Source of the DNA: Candidatus Magasanikiibacteriota bacterium
Lineage (GTDB): Bacteria > Patescibacteriota > Patescibacteriia > Magasanikbacterales > GWA2-37-8
DNA: 64,000 bases
Assembly: GCA_041678665.1 (NCBI GenBank)
Contig: JBAYNU010000002.1
Coordinates: 5,039 to 69,038 of the forward strand
Direction of reading: 5' to 3'
Shown: positions 59,039-64,000 of the stretch, in pieces
How positions within the stretch are numbered: the first letter of the stretch is position 1
How the letters are laid out: every line of letters begins with the position of its first letter
Made by a program: the position numbers and the translations under genes
The notes under the pieces: generated by a model
Told to the model about the DNA's origin: nothing
Databases searched by the model: none
The model's input: the letters and a program-made list of their open reading frames with translations, nothing else

Positions 59039-60157
59039 TTAGATATCAGATTGTAACATGCTGATTGTCAAGGTGTTAAAATTATCAAAATTATACCCAT
59101 TAAGTCGACTACTGGCAACCCACGTTTCAAAAAACTTATTAGAAATTGACGAAGTCATGAGTTGGGGTTGACTTAAAATGGATTGGAGAAAATAAATATG
59201 TGCAAACAATGATGATGAGTTCGCTGTTTCTTTATTCGAAACCGTAACTGGCAAAAACGACAGTTCAATCGCCAGCCCTTGCTGAGTTTCTTTGGAAAAA
59301 TATTGATCAAATACAAAATTACCGAGCGAATAAAAAATTGGACGATTCTTATAAATTTCCATTTCCTGTACCACGTGCGGATGATGCCCGATAATAACAT
59401 CCGCACCGGCATCAATCATTAGATGAGCGATCGCTCGCTGACGAATGTTAGAAATTGTTTTGTACTCCTCACCCCAATGAATATTAACAATTACTTTATC
59501 CGACTGCTCGACCGCTTTTTTAACTATCGCTTCTATTTTTTTATTTTCTAAACGAAAATAAGTATCATTCAAACCAACAAAAGCTAGTTTAATTCCGTTG
59601 ATTTCTTTAATTTTTATCGCTTCATCGCTGATACCGTAGCCATCACCGTAAAAATCGATACCCGCAGCCGCTAAATTTTGGGCGCTTTCTTTTAGCCCGG
59701 CACTACCCATATCCAAACTGTGATTATTGGCCACCGTAAAAATATTAAAATTATATTTTTGTAATGTTGGAATCAGCGCCGGATCAAATCGAAAAGCAAT
59801 CTCTTTGGTAGTTGATCGGCGTTTATCGGCAAAAGGACCTTCTAGGTTGGCGTGGACAATATTCGATGTAAATAAAGTGCTCGATGTTTCGTCGTATAAT
59901 TTTTGAAAAATCCAGTCCGCACCATTTTTATCAATTTGTTTTTTAACATTACGATCAAGCATCATATCGCCAAAAAACGTTAATTTAATCGTGTCAGTGG
60001 CAATAACTTGCCCTTGATCTTCGTAAATAACTTTGGAAGGTAGGTCTCCCAACACCAAAGGTGTTAATATGACGCCATTTTGGCTATCACCAAAAACCAC
60101 CGGCCCACAGCCGGTGATAAATAATAAACCAAAAATTATTAAAACAAATTTTTTCAT
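59039..60157 (-). CDS. CapA/PgsA metallophosphoesterase-family lipoprotein
   Basis: Lipobox ITGC, GDMM, NLEGP, ANNH, HWG.E, GHHPHV, YSLGNF. Confidence 0.88.
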   Translation of the reverse strand: MKKFVLIIFGLLFITGCGPVVFGDSQNGVILTPLVLGDLPSKVIYEDQGQVIATDTIKLTFFGDMMLDRNVKKQIDKNGADWIFQKLYDETSSTLFTSNIVHANLEGPFADKRRSTTKEIAFRFDPALIPTLQKYNFNIFTVANNHSLDMGSAGLKESAQNLAAAGIDFYGDGYGISDEAIKIKEINGIKLAFVGLNDTYFRLENKKIEAIVKKAVEQSDKVIVNIHWGEEYKTISNIRQRAIAHLMIDAGADVIIGHHPHVVQEMEIYKNRPIFYSLGNFVFDQYFSKETQQGLAIELSFLPVTVSNKETANSSSLFAHIYFLQSILSQPQLMTSSISNKFFETWVASSRLNGYNFDNFNTLTISMLQSDI

Positions 60158-60176
60158 AAAATTTTAATTCTCCCGT

Positions 60177-60701
60177 TTAGATCAATCCTTCAATCGTGCT
60201 ACGCAGGGCCTTGAGCGCCTCGGGGATTAAAGGCAAAAATACTCCGGCCAAAGTTACTGTGTGAGGCACAATCACTGAATTAGCAACCCAACCCATAAAA
60301 GTTTCACCTACTGGAAAACGCGCGATAAAATAAAAAATCACACCCAAAGTCAAGGCGCCCTCCACTGCTCCAAACACGAAACCGGTTAACCGATCCAACC
60401 CGCGAATAATCGGCAAATGCGTAATGGCCGTGAGCGCTTTATTGATAAACCAAAAAATTAACACTACTAGACGATTGATGACAATAAAAGAAATTACAAA
60501 AATTATAACTTTGGAAATGTTGGGCTGCCAGCCAGTAACGGCGATGAGCCAATTGGCCCCCACATCATAATAACGCACAGCCAAATATACCGACGCTATC
60601 ATACCCACGAGTGAAATTATCACGTAAACGATGCCACGCCACAAACCATAAAGACCAAATGCGGCGATGATGACGATAAGCGCGATGTCAAAGGGGGTCA
60701 T
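60177..60701 (-). CDS. cvpA: CvpA (colicin V production) family membrane protein
   Basis: D......GLWRG, LDRLTGFVFG..EG. Confidence 0.85.
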   Translation of the reverse strand: MTPFDIALIVIIAAFGLYGLWRGIVYVIISLVGMIASVYLAVRYYDVGANWLIAVTGWQPNISKVIIFVISFIVINRLVVLIFWFINKALTAITHLPIIRGLDRLTGFVFGAVEGALTLGVIFYFIARFPVGETFMGWVANSVIVPHTVTLAGVFLPLIPEALKALRSTIEGLI

Positions 60702-60705
60702 ATGT

Positions 60706-60737
60706 TAAGGATTAAGGAATAAAGAGTAAGGAATAAA
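60706..60737 (+). repeat. Single heptamer arm (AAGGAAT family) between metG and cvpA
   Basis: taaggat taaggaa taaagag taaggaa taaa. Confidence 0.75.
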
Positions 60738-60752
60738 TTATTTAGTCCACTA

Positions 60753-62261
60753 CTATCCCAGCCGAGGAAATAATGCCTCAGATTTTTTGATTTTTGTTCC
60801 CGGCTTCAATCCGCCCCATTTGGTCGCGCCTTCCCAATCAAATTTTTTCCAGTCAACTTTTATACCAAACTGCGAGAGAATCTTTTCGGCGGTAGTAGGC
60901 ATGATCGGAAGCAGAGCAACGCCGATGTGACGAAGGGCTTCGGCTAATTGATAAAGCAGACCGGAAATGTCTTCGCCTTTTTTGGCTTTTTCCCAGGGTT
61001 TTTGTTCGGAAATCAAATGGTCTGCGATAGCCACGATGCCACCAATCATATTTATCACTTGACCAAAATTATAATTATCTACCAACGAAGGTAGTTTCTT
61101 CCAAAAATCAGTAGTCCAATCAATGGTAATTAAATACTTCTTATTCTCCGGAATCTCTCCATCGCAATAATTCTCCAACATGGTTAAAATCCGCGAATTT
61201 AAATTCCCAATCCCATTCGCCAAATGCGCACCGTAAAATTCTTTAAATTTTTCATCGGTAACATCGCCATCATCATAGGCGGGCAAAGCTCCAAGTAAAT
61301 AATATCTCAAAGAATCGGTGCCAAACTTTTGCACCATTTCAAACGGATCAATTACATTGCCCAGCGACTTACTCATTTTTTGCCCACCAGAAGTAATAAA
61401 TCCGTGAATAAAAACTTGTTTTGAAGGCGGCAAGCCGGCCGACATTAACATCGCCTGCCACATTGCGCTTTGCTGACGAAGATTATCTTTACCGGCCACT
61501 TGATATCCGGGCCAAAATTCTTTAAATTTCTTGCCCTTAGGCCAGCCGAGAGTAGAAATATAATTTACCAAAGCATCAAACCATACATACATCACCTGAT
61601 CTTCATCGCCCGGCACCGGAATTCCCCATGGCATTTTAGATTTAAGGCGCGAAACAGAAAAATCTTGCAGACCACTAGCAACAAAATTACGAATTTCTAG
61701 CTGGCGATTTTTTGGCACCACAAAATCCGGATTCTTGTCATATAAATCCAACAATGATTGCTGGTATTTGGAAAATCGAAAAAAATAATTTTCTTCATCA
61801 ATCAACTCTAATTCCAAATTCGGATGCACCGGACATCTGCCATCCACTAATTCGGAATCAGTTTTTTCTAATTCGCACCCCACACAATATTTAACCTGAT
61901 ATTTCTTTTTATAAATATCACCATTTTTTTCGCATAGTTTCCAAAATTCCTGCGCCGCCTTCATGTGGTCGGGATCGGTAGTGCGAATAAATTTGTTATA
62001 ACTTAAATTAAGCGCTTGTTTTAAAGCATCAAACTTGCCGGCGTATTCATCACAATACGCCTGCGGATCTTTGCCTTCTTCTTGCGCTTTGCGATAAATC
62101 TTGATCCCATGTTCATCGGTGCCGGTATTAAAAATCACCTCATCGCCTTTTAGCATGTGATACCGCGCCAAAACATCGGCCTGAATAATTTCCAAAGCAA
62201 ACCCAATATGCGGTTTGGCATTCACATATGGCAAGGTAGTGGTGAGGTAATATTTCGACAT
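60753..62261 (-). CDS. metG: Methionine--tRNA ligase (no C-terminal dimerisation domain)
   Basis: PYVNAKPHIG, GTDEHG, YVWFDAL, KMSKSLGN, LFPR. Confidence 0.97.
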   Translation of the reverse strand: MSKYYLTTTLPYVNAKPHIGFALEIIQADVLARYHMLKGDEVIFNTGTDEHGIKIYRKAQEEGKDPQAYCDEYAGKFDALKQALNLSYNKFIRTTDPDHMKAAQEFWKLCEKNGDIYKKKYQVKYCVGCELEKTDSELVDGRCPVHPNLELELIDEENYFFRFSKYQQSLLDLYDKNPDFVVPKNRQLEIRNFVASGLQDFSVSRLKSKMPWGIPVPGDEDQVMYVWFDALVNYISTLGWPKGKKFKEFWPGYQVAGKDNLRQQSAMWQAMLMSAGLPPSKQVFIHGFITSGGQKMSKSLGNVIDPFEMVQKFGTDSLRYYLLGALPAYDDGDVTDEKFKEFYGAHLANGIGNLNSRILTMLENYCDGEIPENKKYLITIDWTTDFWKKLPSLVDNYNFGQVINMIGGIVAIADHLISEQKPWEKAKKGEDISGLLYQLAEALRHIGVALLPIMPTTAEKILSQFGIKVDWKKFDWEGATKWGGLKPGTKIKKSEALFPRLG

Positions 62262-62331
62262 AAAATCAAATCTCAAAAATCAAAAATTCTAATTTTTTAA
62301 TGTTTAATTTTTATTGAACAAACAATAAATT

Positions 62332-63357
62332 TTATATTTCCTCGCCGTCCTCTACGTCATCACCATCCAAAAAATCATTGTCATCACTTCTTAAGTTGGG
62401 CAAATAACCCATACCGGAATCGGCCAGAATTAGTTTTTTAATTTTTTCGACATATCTACCGTTTCTGTCCCCTTTTAAAAAATAAAAATTCTCGTTCAAT
62501 TGATCGGCTTGACCTAAAATAAACTCTAAATAGTTGATTTTATCCGTGATAAATTCATCATCGGTTTGGTTTTTTGCCTGACGATATTCTGCTAATATAT
62601 TTTGCATTTCTTTTTTAGCCACTTCTCTATCTCGATTAATTTTTTCACTTTTTTTAGAACTGTCGCCCCAAACGCTTCTTCTAAGATCACTAATTCTTCT
62701 GGGGAAATTAGGAAATTCTTTAATTAAGTCACTCTCTACAATATTATTGTATATTTGACTAATTCTCGAAGGATCCAGCTGGTGATCCGTTAATTTTTTA
62801 TTAAATAATTGACCGACTATTTCTTCAGCGGTAAAACCAATTGTAATACCCAAAATAATTATTTTAAAAATTTCTCTATCTTGACCATCTTTAATTTTAG
62901 CTAAAATACGCGATAAATCATGCCAAGCCTCAACATTTCCAAAATTATTATCATCCAACGGTATTTCCGGAACTGCATCTCGATTATCTTCGCCATTACC
63001 TTCTTGATTGGAAGAAAAAGAAATCTCTCTCAATTTCGGCCGCTTAGACTCATTGCGAAAAATATCAACAATCTTATTATGATAAACTGTCCTACGAAGC
63101 GAACTACTATTTAGAAAAAAATTAAGCCAGTCTAAATCATTACAACCAATCATAAATTCCTCAATATCTCCCCTGGTCTCTTCAATCATATAGTCAACTC
63201 CACTGGTATAATTCATGCTAAAATTAAATGATGTTAAGATATTCTTCATCATCTGCGCTTCTTTTTCTGAAAACAAAATCTTATGAATTTTATTTAATAA
63301 CTCTTCTTTGTTCCCCTCTAATTTATTCTCTGGATTATATTTTCCAACCTCGTTCAT
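62332..63357 (-). CDS. Orphan with sigma70 region 2/4-like segments
   Basis: HNKIVDIFRNE and LAKI...DREIF...GFTAEEIVGQL...SRISQI; acidic tail. Confidence 0.5.
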   Translation of the reverse strand: MNEVGKYNPENKLEGNKEELLNKIHKILFSEKEAQMMKNILTSFNFSMNYTSGVDYMIEETRGDIEEFMIGCNDLDWLNFFLNSSSLRRTVYHNKIVDIFRNESKRPKLREISFSSNQEGNGEDNRDAVPEIPLDDNNFGNVEAWHDLSRILAKIKDGQDREIFKIIILGITIGFTAEEIVGQLFNKKLTDHQLDPSRISQIYNNIVESDLIKEFPNFPRRISDLRRSVWGDSSKKSEKINRDREVAKKEMQNILAEYRQAKNQTDDEFITDKINYLEFILGQADQLNENFYFLKGDRNGRYVEKIKKLILADSGMGYLPNLRSDDNDFLDGDDVEDGEEI

Positions 63358-63360
63358 ATA

Positions 63361-63999
63361 TTAATTAATTACTACCACAAACTCTCCTCTTTCGTCGATT
63401 GGTTGTTCCAAAATTTCGGAAATGGTGCCACGGTAAATGGTTTCAAACATTTTGGTGAGTTCGCGCGCGACCACTAGCTCGCGTTTGGAATCCAAAACTT
63501 GTGATAACTCTTGCAAACATTTGGTAATACGGTGACCCGATTCATAAAAAACCACAGTATGTTTTTGTTCGGTGACTTCTTTGAAAAACTTCTGGCGTTT
63601 ATTTTTGTGAGGCGGGAAACCCATGAAGACAAATTTGTCGGTGGGAAAGCCGGAAATGGACAGAGCCGTGATGAGCGCGCAAGGGCCTGGGATGGGGATA
63701 AAATTGTTAAATTGTTGAATTGTTAAATTGTTAATTAGTAAATTTCCAGGGTCACTTATTCCTGGGGTGCCGGCGTCGGTCACTAGCGCCAAATTTTTGC
63801 CTTCGGCTAATAAATTTTTAATTTCACGAATTTTTTTGCCATCACTATGATGGTGATAACTGATAAGCGGTTTCTTGATACTGTAATGCGCGAGCAGCTT
63901 ACCACCCTCGCGCGTATCCTCGCACAAAACCAAATCTACACTTTTTAAAACTTCTAAAGCGCGCAAAGTGATGTCGCCGAAATTACCAATAGGCGTGGC
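63361..63999 (-). CDS. rsmI: 16S rRNA C1402 2'-O-methyltransferase, 5'-truncated by window edge
   Basis: ATPIGN..DIT.RA, CEDTR, DAGTPGISDPG, YES.HR, RELTKMFE, GEFVV. Confidence 0.96.
   Translation of the reverse strand, partial: ATPIGNFGDITLRALEVLKSVDLVLCEDTREGGKLLAHYSIKKPLISYHHHSDGKKIREIKNLLAEGKNLALVTDAGTPGISDPGNLLINNLTIQQFNNFIPIPGPCALITALSISGFPTDKFVFMGFPPHKNKRQKFFKEVTEQKHTVVFYESGHRITKCLQELSQVLDSKRELVVARELTKMFETIYRGTISEILEQPIDERGEFVVVIN
63702..63733. repeat. Octamer array (AATTGTTA family) inside rsmI
   Basis: aattgtta aattgttg aattgtta aattgtta = NNLTIQQFNN. Confidence 0.82.
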
Positions 64000-64000
64000 A

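Overview
AT-rich bacterial chromosomal window, most likely Patescibacteria/CPR (Parcubacteria-like). This is inferred from the compact housekeeping genes without Shine-Dalgarno motifs, the shortened AlaS/L13/AtpH/MetG and the lack of biosynthetic operons; the genetic code is standard code 11. It carries alaS, the infA-rpmJ-rpsMKD-rpoA-rplQ-rplM-rpsI block, envelope/glycan genes, greA, lysS, serS, alr, a Xer recombinase with a dif-like site in its own promoter, ddl, gltX, clpB with a variant CIRCE, def/fmt, mreBCD-mrdA, a UvrD-nuclease fusion, a full F1Fo atp operon, tatD, metG and rsmI. The most striking signal is a layer of tiny repeated elements. (1) Arrays of about 4 degenerate 7- or 8-nt units occur as inverted pairs. 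One pair brackets a four-helix-bundle (23S-IVP/Avd-like) gene between atpA and atpG, gene-less pairs sit at other atp junctions, and single arms are translated in frame inside AlaS, GltX, WecB, Fmt, UvrD, AtpG, TatD and RsmI. (2) There are eight TGTCAT...ATGACA palindromes, five of them in frame in GltX, Fmt and UvrD. (3) A 16-nt CCTGCCGGCAGGCAGG micro-element is nested inside both other classes. Also found: an unannotated 42-aa metallothionein-like gene, two candidate structured RNAs, an RpoA without alphaCTD and a divergent sigma-factor-like orphan. All calls are by eye, without database searches.
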